NCBI GenBank assembly: GCA_044223005.1
Contig: JBGAML010000003.1
Location: 192,001 to 256,000, forward strand
Direction: 5' to 3'
Source: Candidatus Eiseniibacteriota bacterium
GTDB lineage: Bacteria > Eisenbacteria > RBG-16-71-46
Length of the DNA stretch: 64,000 bases
Shown here: positions 20,293-32,665 of the stretch, piece after piece
Layout of the letters: each line of letters opens with the position of its first letter
How positions within the stretch are numbered: position 1 is the stretch's first letter
Translations under genes and position numbers: made by a program
Notes under the pieces: model-generated
The model's input: only the letters and a program-made list of their open reading frames with translations
Told to the model about the DNA's origin: nothing
The model's database searches: none

Positions 20293-22011
20293 GTGCGCTT
20301 GCGACTCCTTGCGACGATCGCTTGCGTCCTGCTGCTCGGGCTCGCGCTTCTTGCTCGGGCTGCCTTCGCGGCCTGGAGTGCCGAGCCGACGCTCCTCATC
20401 GGGACTCTCGATGAATGCCGCTGGTTGACCGCCTGCACCGACGGGAATGGAGGCGCTCTCCTGGCGTTCCAGCAGACGCCGAGCGGCGCTCCCGGTACGC
20501 TCATGATCCGTCACCTGCTCGCGACGGGCGACCTCGATCCCACCTGGCCGCCGGCAGCGTCGTTGACGCCCGTGACTCTCTACACCAACGGCGCGCATCT
20601 CCTCGCCGACGGCGAAGGCGGAGCGTACGCCTGGTGGCTGGAGGGTCTCGATCTCCACCTCACGCGAATCGCTCCGAATGGAATCACCGCGCCGGGGTGG
20701 CCGGCCCAGGGGCGCCTGCTGGCGACGTTCACCGATGCCCAGGAGCCCCTCGCGGTCGCGCTCGACGCCTCGCACGGCGTGTACGCGGCATGGATGCTGG
20801 GTGATTACGACGTGCGCGCGATCCACCTGTCCGACACCAACACGCTCGCAGGTGGCTGGCCGGATTCCGCGATGGCGGTGATCCCGCCTGCGCCCGACGG
20901 TTCGACCCAGCGGATGTGGCCACACCTGGCGCCTGCGCCGAACGGCGACGTATTCCTCGCGTTCGGGATGTGGGAAGACGTCGACTCGGTGTTCGTCCAC
21001 GAGATCCGCCTCCAGCGCCTGACGCCCTCTGGCGCCCCCGCCGCCGGCTGGCCCGTGCTCGGGCGAACCGTGATCGCGGTCTCGGCCAACCCCGCGTACT
21101 ACGGCCCGATGCACGACGTGGCGCCGGATGCCCGTGGTGGGGTGTTCGTGATCGCCTGCACGGGCACCAACGTGAGTTCGGCTCGCCTGCTGAGGATGGA
21201 CGGTGACGGGGCCCGCGCGGCGGACTGGCCGGCCGGGGGAGTGCTCTTCTCGACGACCGTCAGTGGGGGCCAGGGCCCCTCGCTGGCCTACTGGCCCGCC
21301 GTGATCCACGACCTCACGGATGGGGTGTTCGCTGCGGTGCCGGTTCCCGGTGGTCTTCACTACTACCCGAGCTGGCAATACCGCCACTACGACCCGGCGG
21401 GTGTGCGCACGGACACGGGCACGAACGGGTTCGCCGGGAACTGGTCGATCGCTCCGCGGGGCGGACGATCGCATTTCGTCTCCGACGAGGACAACGGCTC
21501 CGCCTACTACTCGTACGTGGCGGCCTACCAGAAGATCAGCTGCGCCGGTCCGGACGGCGTGCTGGCGAACTGCCTGAGCGAATACCACGACCAGAGCGAA
21601 TACATGCTCTTCTGGGGCGCTTCGCTCGTTCCCACGCCGGATGGCGGCGCGATCTGGACCTGGTCGCGAGTCCTCGGGCAGACCGGCGTCTATGCTCGGC
21701 GCTTCGCGGCCGACGGCTCGCAGGTCACGGCCGTGTCCGCCGTCCCACCGCGCCTCGCGCTCGGTTCGGTGCGCTGGTCCGCGGGCGTCGGCGTGAGTGC
21801 TCGCGTCTCGCTCGATTCCCCCGACGGTGCGGCGCTCGCGCTCTACGACGTCGGCGGCCGCCGGATCAGTTCGACGCGGATCGCTCCGGGCAGCATGGGT
21901 GAACGGGACGTCACGTTCCCGGGGACGCGCGCGCTCGCGGACGGGGTCTACTTCGCCCGTCTCGTGAGCTCGACCGGTTCGCGGGCGGCGAAGGTTCCCG
22001 TCCTTCGTTGA
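20293..22011 (+). CDS. Secreted GWP-repeat protein with T9SS-like CTD, paralogue 2
   Basis: GGAGG RBS, GTG start, AAWSAEP like paralogue 1 AAWSSAP; same repeats; EYH..DGGAI..WS..G.YA; CTD YDVGGRR..GVYFAR..KVPVLR. Confidence 0.75.
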   Translation: MRLRLLATIACVLLLGLALLARAAFAAWSAEPTLLIGTLDECRWLTACTDGNGGALLAFQQTPSGAPGTLMIRHLLATGDLDPTWPPAASLTPVTLYTNGAHLLADGEGGAYAWWLEGLDLHLTRIAPNGITAPGWPAQGRLLATFTDAQEPLAVALDASHGVYAAWMLGDYDVRAIHLSDTNTLAGGWPDSAMAVIPPAPDGSTQRMWPHLAPAPNGDVFLAFGMWEDVDSVFVHEIRLQRLTPSGAPAAGWPVLGRTVIAVSANPAYYGPMHDVAPDARGGVFVIACTGTNVSSARLLRMDGDGARAADWPAGGVLFSTTVSGGQGPSLAYWPAVIHDLTDGVFAAVPVPGGLHYYPSWQYRHYDPAGVRTDTGTNGFAGNWSIAPRGGRSHFVSDEDNGSAYYSYVAAYQKISCAGPDGVLANCLSEYHDQSEYMLFWGASLVPTPDGGAIWTWSRVLGQTGVYARRFAADGSQVTAVSAVPPRLALGSVRWSAGVGVSARVSLDSPDGAALALYDVGGRRISSTRIAPGSMGERDVTFPGTRALADGVYFARLVSSTGSRAAKVPVLR

Positions 22012-22127
22012 AATCGGGCTCGGTGCGGAAGCCTCGGTTGCCACGATCGGGGCGCACTCCCCATTTCCTCGACACCGGCAGCCGAGGCCCCAGCCGCGGC
22101 TCGGGGAGATCGCGATCTGGCCGACGC

Positions 22128-22157
22128 TTGACCCTCGTTCCGGCCCCCGCGTAGGCT
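22128..22157 (+). promoter_or_regulatory. sigma70-like promoter for mutase operon
   Basis: TTGACC-N18-TAGGCT. Confidence 0.5.
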
Positions 22158-22224
22158 CCTGCGGTTCCGATGCTTCCGCCGGGCCGCCGGCGCCGACTCC
22201 ATCCGGCTCGAGGAGTGCTTCCCC

Positions 22225-23999
<1,775 letters not shown>

Positions 24000-24000
<1 letters not shown>

Positions 24001-24653
24001 TGGCCATGGACGGCAAGACCCTCGGCGCACTGGGTGCGATCGCCGGCGTGATCGTGATCGCCCTGGCCGCGCGCGCGATGGGTGGGGCCCGTCACGAATC
24101 GGGCGTCACGCCGGGGACGATTCCCGTCCCTCCGGAACCCGGGGCGTCCGAGCCGGACGCGTCGGGTGACGACGATGAGGACGTCGCGGACGACGAGGAC
24201 GACGAATACGAGGACGTCGAAGTCGTCGCGGTGACGAGCGACGGCTACGCGCTCGTGCCGGACACGCACGCGGTGCGGCTCGTGCCTCCGCACGAGGACG
24301 GCGAGGAATGGAAGGCCGGCCGGCCGGGACGCAACCGCCGCGGCGAGCTGGCGCTCGCCATGAGCTGGCACGCCGCCGACCTGACGGGTGCGCGCGTGGT
24401 GCGCGGCGCCGCCGACGAGGGGCCGTGGCGCTTCGAGGCGCTCGGCCGCGACGGCGAGTACGTGGCGTTCGTGTTCGAGACGCGCGAGGGCGCCGACGCG
24501 GCGCTGGCGCTCTTCGAATCGATCGTCGTGCGGGTGGGCAAGGACGAAGACGGCAACGACGTGCCGCCCTCGGCGGAGCAGTTCGAGGAAGCACGGCGCG
24601 TGTTCCTCGAGACCGAAGCGGCGCTCGAAATCGACGACGAAACCGGCGCCTGA
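24000..24653 (+). CDS. Hypothetical N-terminally membrane-anchored acidic protein
   Basis: TGATG coupling to the mutase; one hydrophobic helix; [18 protein letters not shown] tract. Confidence 0.7.
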
Positions 24654-24694
24654 CCGACCGCACGCGCGGACGGCGGGACGCGAGGAGACCTTCG

Positions 24695-25408
24695 ATGCAG
24701 CGCAAGATCCGAGTTCTGGTCGGCAAGCCCGGCCTCGACGGCCACGACCGCGGCGCCAAGGTGGTCGCGGCCGCACTGCGCGACGCGGGCATGGAGGTGA
24801 TCTACACGGGGCTGCACCAGACGCCCGCGCAGATCGTCGAAGCGGCCGTGCAGGAGGATGTGGACGTGGTCGCGCTGTCGGTGCTCTCGGGCGCGCACAT
24901 GACCCTGTTCCCGGAGGTGCAGTCGTTGATGACGCAGCAGGGCATCGGCGACAAGCTGCTCACGGGCGGCGGCATCATCCCGACCGACGACATGACGAAG
25001 CTGCTCGAGCGCGGCATCGGCCGGCTGTTCGGGCCGGGCTCGTCGACCGTCGACATCGTCACGTACATTCGCGAGTGGTACGGCGAGCGGTACGGCGCCG
25101 ACGCACTGCCGCCGCTGCCGCCGCCCCCGGCGCGCGTCGCGCCGGTGGTGGGCTCGGGCGACATGCCGGCTCCGGCGCGGGCCGCGGCCCGGCTCGACGC
25201 GCACCACGCACGGGCGGGCCGCGCGAACGCGCCGCGCAAGGCTGCGAAGAGGAAGGCGGCGGCGAAGCCTGCGCGCAAGGCGGCGAAGAAGAAGCCGGCC
25301 GCGAAGCCGGCGCGCAAGGTCGCGAAGAAGAAGGTCGCGGCGAAGCGTGCCCCGGCCCGCAAGCTCGCGAAGAAGAAGCCGGCCCGCCGGAGCGCTCGCA
25401 AGCGTTGA
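24695..25408 (+). CDS. Cobalamin-binding small subunit of acyl-CoA mutase with Lys/Ala-rich C-terminal tail
   Basis: GLDGHDRG (DxHxxG), [18 protein letters not shown]; tail [23 protein letters not shown]. Confidence 0.93.
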   Translation: MQRKIRVLVGKPGLDGHDRGAKVVAAALRDAGMEVIYTGLHQTPAQIVEAAVQEDVDVVALSVLSGAHMTLFPEVQSLMTQQGIGDKLLTGGGIIPTDDMTKLLERGIGRLFGPGSSTVDIVTYIREWYGERYGADALPPLPPPPARVAPVVGSGDMPAPARAAARLDAHHARAGRANAPRKAAKRKAAAKPARKAAKKKPAAKPARKVAKKKVAAKRAPARKLAKKKPARRSARKR

Positions 25409-26001
25409 CGCGCCGCCTCGTCGTCCTCGACGGCAGCCCGCTGCCCGACGGCAGTGTCGCGCGCATGCTCGCGGCGGCCGTCGAGGGTGCGCGGGCGGCG
25501 GGCGGCGACGCGGACGTGTTTCGCGCCTACGATCTCGCGGTGAAGCCGTGCGTCGCGTGCGGAGTGGATGCGAGCCCCGGCGCCTGCTGCATCTTCCACG
25601 ACGACATGGACGCGGTGTACGCGGCGCTCGAACGTGCGCACGCCGTGCTCGTGGGCTCGCCGGTCTACTTCGACACGGTGAGCGGGCCGCTCAAGCTGGT
25701 GATCGACCGCTGCAACTGCGTCACTCCGCTCGTGACCCTGCCCGACGGCCGCCAGGACTGCGTGCCCCGATGGCGCCGCACGCGCCGAGCGGCGTTCCTG
25801 ACCGCCTGCAGCGACGCCCATCCCCACGACCTCGCCGAGCGCACGGTCCGCGGATTCCTCAAGTGGGTGGGGGCGAAATGGGAGTCAACGATCGCCTGGC
25901 GACATGACGATAACGAACGGGGCAGCGTTCCCGCCGCGCTCCTCGAGGAGTCGCGCGCGCTGGGCCGCCGCCTGATCGAACTCGATTCGCTTCCCGGCTG
26001 A
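25405..26001 (+). CDS. Flavodoxin-like / iron-sulfur flavoprotein (NADPH-dependent FMN reductase family)
   Basis: VLDGSP, PCVAC..CC..DDM, GSPVYF..VSG.LK..IDR; TTGA overlap. Confidence 0.85.
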   Translation: MTRRLVVLDGSPLPDGSVARMLAAAVEGARAAGGDADVFRAYDLAVKPCVACGVDASPGACCIFHDDMDAVYAALERAHAVLVGSPVYFDTVSGPLKLVIDRCNCVTPLVTLPDGRQDCVPRWRRTRRAAFLTACSDAHPHDLAERTVRGFLKWVGAKWESTIAWRHDDNERGSVPAALLEESRALGRRLIELDSLPG

Positions 26002-26018
26002 CGTTCCGGAGATTCCCC

Positions 26019-26675
26019 ATGCTGTCCCTCGCCCTCGCACTGCAGCTGCTCGCAACCGCTCCCGGCGCGATGCCCGGCGCGACGCCCGTCGCTCCCGGCG
26101 CCCCGCGCTTCGTCCAGATCGCGAGCCTGACCGGCGTGCCCGCGGACTCCGCGGCGCAGGAGGGGTTCGGCACGGCGTTCCGCAGCGTGTTCGCGGAGGA
26201 AAGCCTGCCGGGCGAGCACGAGTCCGGGGGTTCGTGGCGCGGTGGCCTGCCGCTGCCCAACCACTTCCGGCTCCTCGAGGGCGACGTGGCTTCGGACGCG
26301 TGGCAGGTGCAGGTGTCGATCGGTGCGCCGCCCCCGCTGCAGGTGCCGGACCCGCGGCACAAGGGACACGTGCTCACGATCGCGGGCCGGCGCATGTCGC
26401 GCGGCATGCGCGTCGGCGCCGTGGTCTCGGTGCCTTCGCCCAGCGGCGCGGTCGACCACACGTTCACCGTGACGGCCTCGTTCGCGTTCCCGGCGAAGGG
26501 CGACGGCCGCGCGAGCCTCGCGGTGCCGCAGAACGGCTACGTGTTCCCGTGGGACGACGCCGGCCACGTCGCCGGCCTGCTCGTGCTCGAAGCGCTCCAC
26601 CGCGAGAGCCGCGACTTCGTGGCGACCGAGCGCGTGGACATCACCCCGGCCGTGCGCACCGACGCCGGCCGCTGA
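26019..26675 (+). CDS. Hypothetical secreted protein
   Basis: GGAG RBS, hydrophobic N-terminus, coding-like GC3 bias. Confidence 0.6.
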   Translation: MLSLALALQLLATAPGAMPGATPVAPGAPRFVQIASLTGVPADSAAQEGFGTAFRSVFAEESLPGEHESGGSWRGGLPLPNHFRLLEGDVASDAWQVQVSIGAPPPLQVPDPRHKGHVLTIAGRRMSRGMRVGAVVSVPSPSGAVDHTFTVTASFAFPAKGDGRASLAVPQNGYVFPWDDAGHVAGLLVLEALHRESRDFVATERVDITPAVRTDAGR

Positions 26676-26687
26676 CCGGGGGGAACG

Positions 26688-26903
26688 ATGCGACGTCGAA
26701 CGACCGCCGCGGTGCTCGGCCTGATCGTGCTCGCGGGCTGCGCGAAGCCCGGGACCAAGCCGGTCACCACGCTCACCGAGCACCAGCGCGACAGCGTGCT
26801 CGCGACCGAACCGATTCCCGGGGCGACGACCGTGGGCCGCGCGATGCAGGCGGCCGATCGCGAGGCCGGCCGGGCCGCCCAGATGGATTCCATGACGCAT
26901 TGA
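26688..26903 (+). CDS. Small lipoprotein
   Basis: MRRR..LAGC lipobox. Confidence 0.7.
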   Translation: MRRRTTAAVLGLIVLAGCAKPGTKPVTTLTEHQRDSVLATEPIPGATTVGRAMQAADREAGRAAQMDSMTH

Positions 26904-26929
26904 CGCGGCGCGGTTTCGGGCGTCGCGCG

Positions 26930-26944
26930 TGAAACGCCGTTTCA
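26930..26944. promoter_or_regulatory. Palindromic operator upstream of acyl-CoA dehydrogenase
   Basis: TGAAACG-C-CGTTTCA perfect palindrome just before a -10-like TAGAGT. Confidence 0.55.
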
Positions 26945-27035
26945 GGTAGAGTTCCCGGCGCTCCGGCGGATCCATGCCCGTCGCGTGCGCGGCCGATCCC
27001 TCGGCCACACCCCCCCGCAACCGGAGTTCCATCGC

Positions 27036-28178
27036 ATGCTGATGCTTCGCGAAGAGCACCACCAGGTGCGCGACATGGTTCGCCGATTCGCCGAGGACGT
27101 GGTCGCGCCGCGCGCCCGCGAGCTCGACGAGACCGAGACCTTCCCGCACGAGGCCGTGAAGCAGATGGCCGAGCTCGGCCTGATGGGGCTCCCGTATCCG
27201 GAGAAGTACGGCGGCGCCGGGATGGATACGTTGTCGTACGCGATCGCGGTGGAGGAAGTCGGCCGCGTGTGCGCGTCGACGGGCATCACGCTCGCCGCGC
27301 ACGTCTCGCTCGGCTGCGGTCCCGTGTACGGCACGGGCTCCGAGGAGCAGAAGCAGCGCTTCCTCGTGCCGATGGCGAAGGGCGAAGCGATCGGCGCGTT
27401 CGGGCTCACCGAGCCGAACGCCGGGTCCGACGCGGGCGGCACGCAGACGCGGGCGGTGAAGGTCGCGGGCGGCTGGAAGGTGAACGGCAGCAAGATCTAC
27501 ATCACCAACGCGAGCTATGCGAAGTACATCACCTTCACGGCGGTCACCGAGCCGGGCAAGGGCACCAAGGGCATTTCGGCGTTCATCATGGACACGTCGA
27601 CGCCGGGATTCCGCGTGGGCAAGAAGGAGAAGAAGATGGGCCTGCGCGGGTCGGACACGGTCGAGGTCGTGTTCGAGGACTGCGTCGTGCCCGAGGACCA
27701 GATGCTGGGCGACGCCACCGGCGGCTTCAAGGCGTTCATGAAGACGCTCGAGGGCGGCCGCATCTCGATCGGGGCGCTCGCGCTCGGGATCGCGCAGGGC
27801 GCTTACGAACACGCGGTCTCCTACGCCAAGGTCCGGCACCAGTTCGGGCAGCCGATCGCCAACTTCCAGGCGGTGCAGTTCATGCTCGCCGACATGGCGA
27901 TGCAGATCGAGGCGGCGCGCCACCTCGTCTACCACGCGGCGCAGCTCAAGGACGCGGGCCGGCCGTTCACCAAGGAAGCCTCCATGGCCAAGCTGTTCGC
28001 GAGCGAGGTCGGCAACTGGGTGACCGACAAGTCCATCCAGGTGCACGGCGGCATGGGCTACTGCCGCGACGTGCCGGTCGAGCGCATGCACCGCGACGTG
28101 AAGCTGATGGAGATCGGCGAGGGCACGAGCGAGATCCAGCGCATGGTGATCGCTCGCGAGATCCTGCGCGGGGCCTGA
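27036..28178 (+). CDS. Acyl-CoA dehydrogenase (short/branched chain)
   Basis: [56 protein letters not shown]. Confidence 0.95.
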   Translation: MLMLREEHHQVRDMVRRFAEDVVAPRARELDETETFPHEAVKQMAELGLMGLPYPEKYGGAGMDTLSYAIAVEEVGRVCASTGITLAAHVSLGCGPVYGTGSEEQKQRFLVPMAKGEAIGAFGLTEPNAGSDAGGTQTRAVKVAGGWKVNGSKIYITNASYAKYITFTAVTEPGKGTKGISAFIMDTSTPGFRVGKKEKKMGLRGSDTVEVVFEDCVVPEDQMLGDATGGFKAFMKTLEGGRISIGALALGIAQGAYEHAVSYAKVRHQFGQPIANFQAVQFMLADMAMQIEAARHLVYHAAQLKDAGRPFTKEASMAKLFASEVGNWVTDKSIQVHGGMGYCRDVPVERMHRDVKLMEIGEGTSEIQRMVIAREILRGA

Positions 28179-28179
28179 G

Positions 28180-29364
28180 TTGCCCGAGACGCCGTCCGCC
28201 ATGCGCTGGGCGAGCGCCGTCTCGTCGCTGGGAGACCCGGCCGCGGCCGCGGCCGAGGCGGCCGCCGCGCTGCGCGCCGAGCTGGGCGAGGGCGCGGTCG
28301 ACCTCTGCCTCGCGTTCCTGTCGGTGCCGCACGCGCGTTCGTCGGCGGCGGTGGCGAAGGTCCTGCGGGACGCGCTCGCGCCCGGCTGCCTCGCGGGAAC
28401 GACCGCGCGCGGCGTGGTGACGCGCGACCGCGAGATCGAGCAGGGCACGGCGCTCTCGGTCGTCGCCGCCCGGCTGCCCGGCGTCGAAGTGCAGCCGTTC
28501 GTGATGCTGCAGGAGATCTGGGCGCAGCCGGTGGAGGACGTGGCGGGCTTCGACACGATCGCTCCCGGCGTGCGCGAGGCGGAACTCGTGCTCCTGCTCG
28601 GGATCCCGTTCGCGCTCGACGTCGATCGGGCGCTCGCGCTGATGCACCGGTTCGCGCCCGCCGTCCGCGTCGTGGGCGGCATGGCGAGCGCCGGGCCGCG
28701 CCCGGAGCACAACGCGGTGTTCCTCAACGACTGGCTCGCCTCCGAAGGCGGCGTGGGCATCGCGCTGCACGGCGCCCTGCGCGCCGACGTCGTGGTCTCG
28801 CAGGGATGCGGGCCGATCGGCCCGCCGCTCGACGTGACGCACGTCGAGCAGTACATGATCCACACGCTCGACGGGCAGCCGGCGCTCGAGCGCATGGAGC
28901 AGGTGTTGCGCGATCTCCCCGAGAAGGAGCGTGAACGGCTGCGCATGGGCCTCTACGTCGGCCGGCCGGTGCGCGGCGACGCGGGCGGCCGCGGCGACTA
29001 CCTGATCCGCAACCTGCTCGGCGCCAACCGCGAGGAAGGCGCGCTCGTGGTCGGCGACCAGGTCGCGCCGCGCGAGAAGATCCGCCTGCACGTGCGGGAC
29101 GCCGCGACCGCGCTCGAGGACCTGCAGATGCTGTTGTCTCCGCAGGTGTTCGACTCGCGCGCCGCGGGCGCGCTCGTGTTCGCGTGCAACGGCCGCGGGC
29201 GGCTGCTCTACGGCGAACCGGATCGCGATATCCGCACGCTGCAGGAGACGCTGGGCGGCGTGCCCGCGGCGGGGATGTTCTGCGCCGGCGAGATCGGCCC
29301 GGTGGGCGAGCGCAACTTCCAGCACGGCCACACGGCGAGCATCGCGATCGTCCGGCCGCGCTGA
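28180..29364 (+). CDS. FIST domain signal transduction protein
   Basis: VVGGMAS, VSQGCGPIG, LDGQPA, YLIRNLLG, FACNGRG, GMFCAGEIGP, HGHTAS; start may be 28201. Confidence 0.88.
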   Translation: MPETPSAMRWASAVSSLGDPAAAAAEAAAALRAELGEGAVDLCLAFLSVPHARSSAAVAKVLRDALAPGCLAGTTARGVVTRDREIEQGTALSVVAARLPGVEVQPFVMLQEIWAQPVEDVAGFDTIAPGVREAELVLLLGIPFALDVDRALALMHRFAPAVRVVGGMASAGPRPEHNAVFLNDWLASEGGVGIALHGALRADVVVSQGCGPIGPPLDVTHVEQYMIHTLDGQPALERMEQVLRDLPEKERERLRMGLYVGRPVRGDAGGRGDYLIRNLLGANREEGALVVGDQVAPREKIRLHVRDAATALEDLQMLLSPQVFDSRAAGALVFACNGRGRLLYGEPDRDIRTLQETLGGVPAAGMFCAGEIGPVGERNFQHGHTASIAIVRPR

Positions 29365-29369
29365 GACGT

Positions 29370-29408
29370 CACGGGCCGCCGGTCGCGTCGTGCGACCGGC
29401 GGCCCGTG
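29370..29408. terminator. Hairpin between convergent genes
   Basis: CACGGGCCGCCGGTCGC / GCGACCGGCGGCCCGTG stem. Confidence 0.6.
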
Positions 29409-29425
29409 TGCGTTCGCGGCGGTGG

Positions 29426-32400
29426 TCAGTCGCTCACGAAGACGGCGGTCGTGAGCCCGGGCACGGTGATCGCGCCCTGAGCCTGGTCGGCCTTCGCCTG
29501 CTTCACGACCGGGTCGGCGCCTCCCGCCTGCGCCGGGTGCAGCCGGAACGCGACCTGTGCGAACCCCGGATAGCGGATCACCTGCTCGGCCGGGGAGGCG
29601 TTGAAGACGACCACCATGCGTTTCCACGGCGAGCCGAGCGCGGGCAGGCCCGGCACGGCGTCCGAGAGCGTCATCACGATCACGCCCGGGATTTGCGCCG
29701 GACCGGTGTTCAAGAACTTCACCCGCTGCTGCACGTCGTCCGCCGTGCGCAGGCGGAAGAGCGGCGTGCTGCGGCGGATGCGCAGGAAATCCATGAAGCT
29801 GCCGCGGCAGAGCGCGATGTCGTTCGCGTGCGGGACGAGGTCCGTCCGCGCGAGCAGCGGCCGCATCATCGCCCAGCGGTCCTTGTTCTTGTCGGCGCCG
29901 GGCAGGCCCATGCCCCAGTGGTTCGACGTCCCGGACCAGTCGATGCGGTTGAACCAGTCGCCCGAATCGTAGCTGTCGGTGTCCATGGATTTGGTGCGCA
30001 GCAGTTCGCCACCCGCATGGAAGAACGGCAGGCCCTGGCCGAGCGCGGGGATCGACAGTGCGAGCATCTGCATGCGCACGCGCTGCGCGAGCGTCGCCGA
30101 GGCGGGCGCGGCCATGATCACCTTGTCCCAGAGCGTCTCGTTGTCGTGCGCCTCGACGTAGTTCACCGCCTCGCGCGGCTGTGCGGTGTAGCCACCGGCC
30201 GAGGAGCCTTGCGCCGGGTTGCCCGCGGCGTCGGTGAAACCGTACGTCCGCAGGTTGCCCGCGAGGCTCGTGCGGATCCGGTCCTCGAGCTTGAGCAGCT
30301 TGCCGCGGTCGGCGTCGCCACCGCGGTTGAACTCGCCGGGCAGCGTGAACAGCCCGGTGGCGAAGCCCTGCTCGCGACGGTCCGTGAACGGGCTGCCGCC
30401 GCGCACGGCGTCGCGGATCCGGTCGTTGAACGAGCCGACGCCGGTGCCCGCGAGGTTGCCCTGCGTGGCGTTGGTGCCGCGCTTGCCGCCCTGGACCTCG
30501 CCGAAATCCCAGCCCTCGCCGTACATGAGCACGCGCGGGCCGTCGACGCCGTCCTTCGCGGAGTTCAGCGCGTCGAGCGCCGCGCGCCAGTGCTCGACGT
30601 TCGCCTTCATGTGGTGGCCCATCAGGTCGAAGCGGAAGCCGTCCACCTTGTAGTCGCGCGCCCAGTGCACGAGGTCGTCGGCGACGAGCTTCTCCATCAT
30701 GCGGTGCTCGCTCGCGGTGTTCGCGCAGCAGGTGCTGTTCTCGACCGCGCCGTCGGCGTTGAGTCGCTGGTAGTAGCCCGGCACGATCCGGTCGAGCACC
30801 GAGAACGGCGCGAGACCGGCCGCATGCGTGTGGTTGTAGACCACGTCCATCACGGTGCGCAGCCCGAGCCCGGAGAGCGCCGCCACCATGCGGCGGAACT
30901 CGACGATGCGCGCGTTCCCGTCGGGATCGGTGGCGTAGCTGCCCTCGGGTACGCCGTAGTGCACGGGGTCGTAGCCCCAGTTGAACGCGTCGAGTCCGCG
31001 CGTGCGCGCGACCGCGGCCTGCTGCTGGTCGGAGTCGGGCGGCAGCGCCGAGAGGTCGCCCGGATCCTTCCACGTCGAGCGGTCCTCGTCGACGGTCGCG
31101 AAGTCGAACGCCGGCAGCAGGTGCACGTGCGTGAGGCCAGCCTCGGCGAGCGCGCGCAGGTGCTTCGTGCCGTCGCTCGCATCGGTGAAGGCGAGGTAGG
31201 TGCCGCGGTGCGCCGCGGGCACGGTCGCGTCGGAGGCGCTGAAGTCGCGCACGTGCAGCTCGTACACGACCGCGTCCTCGACCGCGTCCAGCTTCGGCTT
31301 CGCGAGCGCGTCCCAGCCCGGCGGCTTGGTCGCCGGGTCGTCGAGGTCGACGAGCAGGCTGCGCTCGCCGTTGCGCGAGAGTCCGCGCGAGTACGGATCG
31401 GTGGCGGTCACCGTTTCGACGTGGCCCGTCGTCGGCGTGAACACCGTCACCTCGTAGAGGTAGTACTGACCCTTCCACGCCGCGGTTCCCGAGGCCGTCC
31501 ACGTGCCGGCGTCGCGCACCATGTCCACCGTGGCCGAGGGCTGCGCCGTGCGCGGTCCGTCGTAGAGCAGCACGCGCACCTTCTGCGCGGTCGGCGCCCA
31601 CACGCGCAGCGCAGGCACGCCGGCCTTCCACGTCGGCCCGAGCGGCCCATCCCACGCGAACGCGTCGTCGAGCACGCCGTGGACCTGCATGCCGGTCGCG
31701 TCGCCGGTGCCGTCGGCATTGCGCACCGACACCGCGACCTGTCCGCGCAGGAACACGAGCGCCTTCGCCGCGTCGGCGTCCGCGATCCGAAGCGCCGAGT
31801 AGCCGCGCAGCTGCGGGAAGCGCGCGAGCAGCGCGGGCGAGAGCCCCTGCGCATCGGGCGTCAGCGTCACCGATTCGCCGCCCGTCACGCCGTCCTTCGT
31901 CACGCGCAGCGCCGCGGTGGGCGAGCCGTGCAGGCGGAACGTCGCGCCGGCGCTCGCCGGCACGTTCCACGCGATCGTGGTGCGGTCGAGCCACTGCGCC
32001 TTGAAGCGCGTCAGGTCACCGAACGCGAGGGCGCTCACGTCGGGCCGCGTCGCCGGCAGTTCGTTCCGTCCCGTCACGATCCACGCCTCCTTCTGCTTCG
32101 ACAGGTCCAGGAACATGTCGGGACCGGGATCCTTCTGGTCGCCCTTGTGCACGATCACGCCGAGCCGCGTGGCGCCGTCCTTCAGCGGCACGTCCCACCA
32201 CGCACCCCAGTCGTCGCGCCCGTTCGGCTGCAGGGGCGCGGTCCAGAGCGGCTCCTTCACCACGCCGTCCCAGGCGTGCAGGCCCCAGCCGTCGTAGTCG
32301 CCGCGCGGCCGGTGGTAGTGGATCCGCGCGGTCTGCGGCGCGAGCGGGGGCGGAGCGTCGGCGTGCACGGGGGCCGGTGTCGCGAGCAGCGACGCGAGTG

Positions 32401-32440
32401 CGAGCACGCGCACGAACGAGAGGACGCGAAGGCGGAACAT
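29426..32440 (-). CDS. pulA: Secreted pullulanase-type alpha-1,6-glucosidase (GH13) with N-terminal CBM41
   Basis: Signal peptide, HYHR..GWGLHAW, VWAPTA, YELHVRDFS, FNWGYDP, DVVYNH, DGFRFDLMG, YGEGW, YVEAHDN. Confidence 0.93.
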   Translation of the reverse strand: MFRLRVLSFVRVLALASLLATPAPVHADAPPPLAPQTARIHYHRPRGDYDGWGLHAWDGVVKEPLWTAPLQPNGRDDWGAWWDVPLKDGATRLGVIVHKGDQKDPGPDMFLDLSKQKEAWIVTGRNELPATRPDVSALAFGDLTRFKAQWLDRTTIAWNVPASAGATFRLHGSPTAALRVTKDGVTGGESVTLTPDAQGLSPALLARFPQLRGYSALRIADADAAKALVFLRGQVAVSVRNADGTGDATGMQVHGVLDDAFAWDGPLGPTWKAGVPALRVWAPTAQKVRVLLYDGPRTAQPSATVDMVRDAGTWTASGTAAWKGQYYLYEVTVFTPTTGHVETVTATDPYSRGLSRNGERSLLVDLDDPATKPPGWDALAKPKLDAVEDAVVYELHVRDFSASDATVPAAHRGTYLAFTDASDGTKHLRALAEAGLTHVHLLPAFDFATVDEDRSTWKDPGDLSALPPDSDQQQAAVARTRGLDAFNWGYDPVHYGVPEGSYATDPDGNARIVEFRRMVAALSGLGLRTVMDVVYNHTHAAGLAPFSVLDRIVPGYYQRLNADGAVENSTCCANTASEHRMMEKLVADDLVHWARDYKVDGFRFDLMGHHMKANVEHWRAALDALNSAKDGVDGPRVLMYGEGWDFGEVQGGKRGTNATQGNLAGTGVGSFNDRIRDAVRGGSPFTDRREQGFATGLFTLPGEFNRGGDADRGKLLKLEDRIRTSLAGNLRTYGFTDAAGNPAQGSSAGGYTAQPREAVNYVEAHDNETLWDKVIMAAPASATLAQRVRMQMLALSIPALGQGLPFFHAGGELLRTKSMDTDSYDSGDWFNRIDWSGTSNHWGMGLPGADKNKDRWAMMRPLLARTDLVPHANDIALCRGSFMDFLRIRRSTPLFRLRTADDVQQRVKFLNTGPAQIPGVIVMTLSDAVPGLPALGSPWKRMVVVFNASPAEQVIRYPGFAQVAFRLHPAQAGGADPVVKQAKADQAQGAITVPGLTTAVFVSD

Positions 32441-32665
32441 GCCGGGGCCTCCGGAAGGTCGGCGGTGGAGCGACGGACGGCGAACGCAGCGCATGATGCG
32501 GGATGCGCCGGCGCCGCACCACCGGCGCGCGCTCCCGGCGGGGCGTGCAGGCGCCCCGCCGGGCTGCCGATAACCCGGGAACCCGGTGGGATCGGCCGTG
32601 CGCGTGGCCGCGGGCAGGCACGATCCCCGTCGACGGCACGCACGCGTGCGCGGCAGGAGCGTTCG

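Noticed and set aside
22012..22224. Possible cobalamin riboswitch upstream of the mutase operon
   Set aside because: Hairpins are present but there is no B12-box (GCCACTG/GGGAAG) pattern, and most of the region lies upstream of the predicted promoter
25231..25405. Repetitive GCGAAGAAG / GCGCGCAAG DNA resembling a tandem array or CRISPR
   Set aside because: In-frame coding of the Lys/Ala-rich tail; no constant repeat-spacer structure
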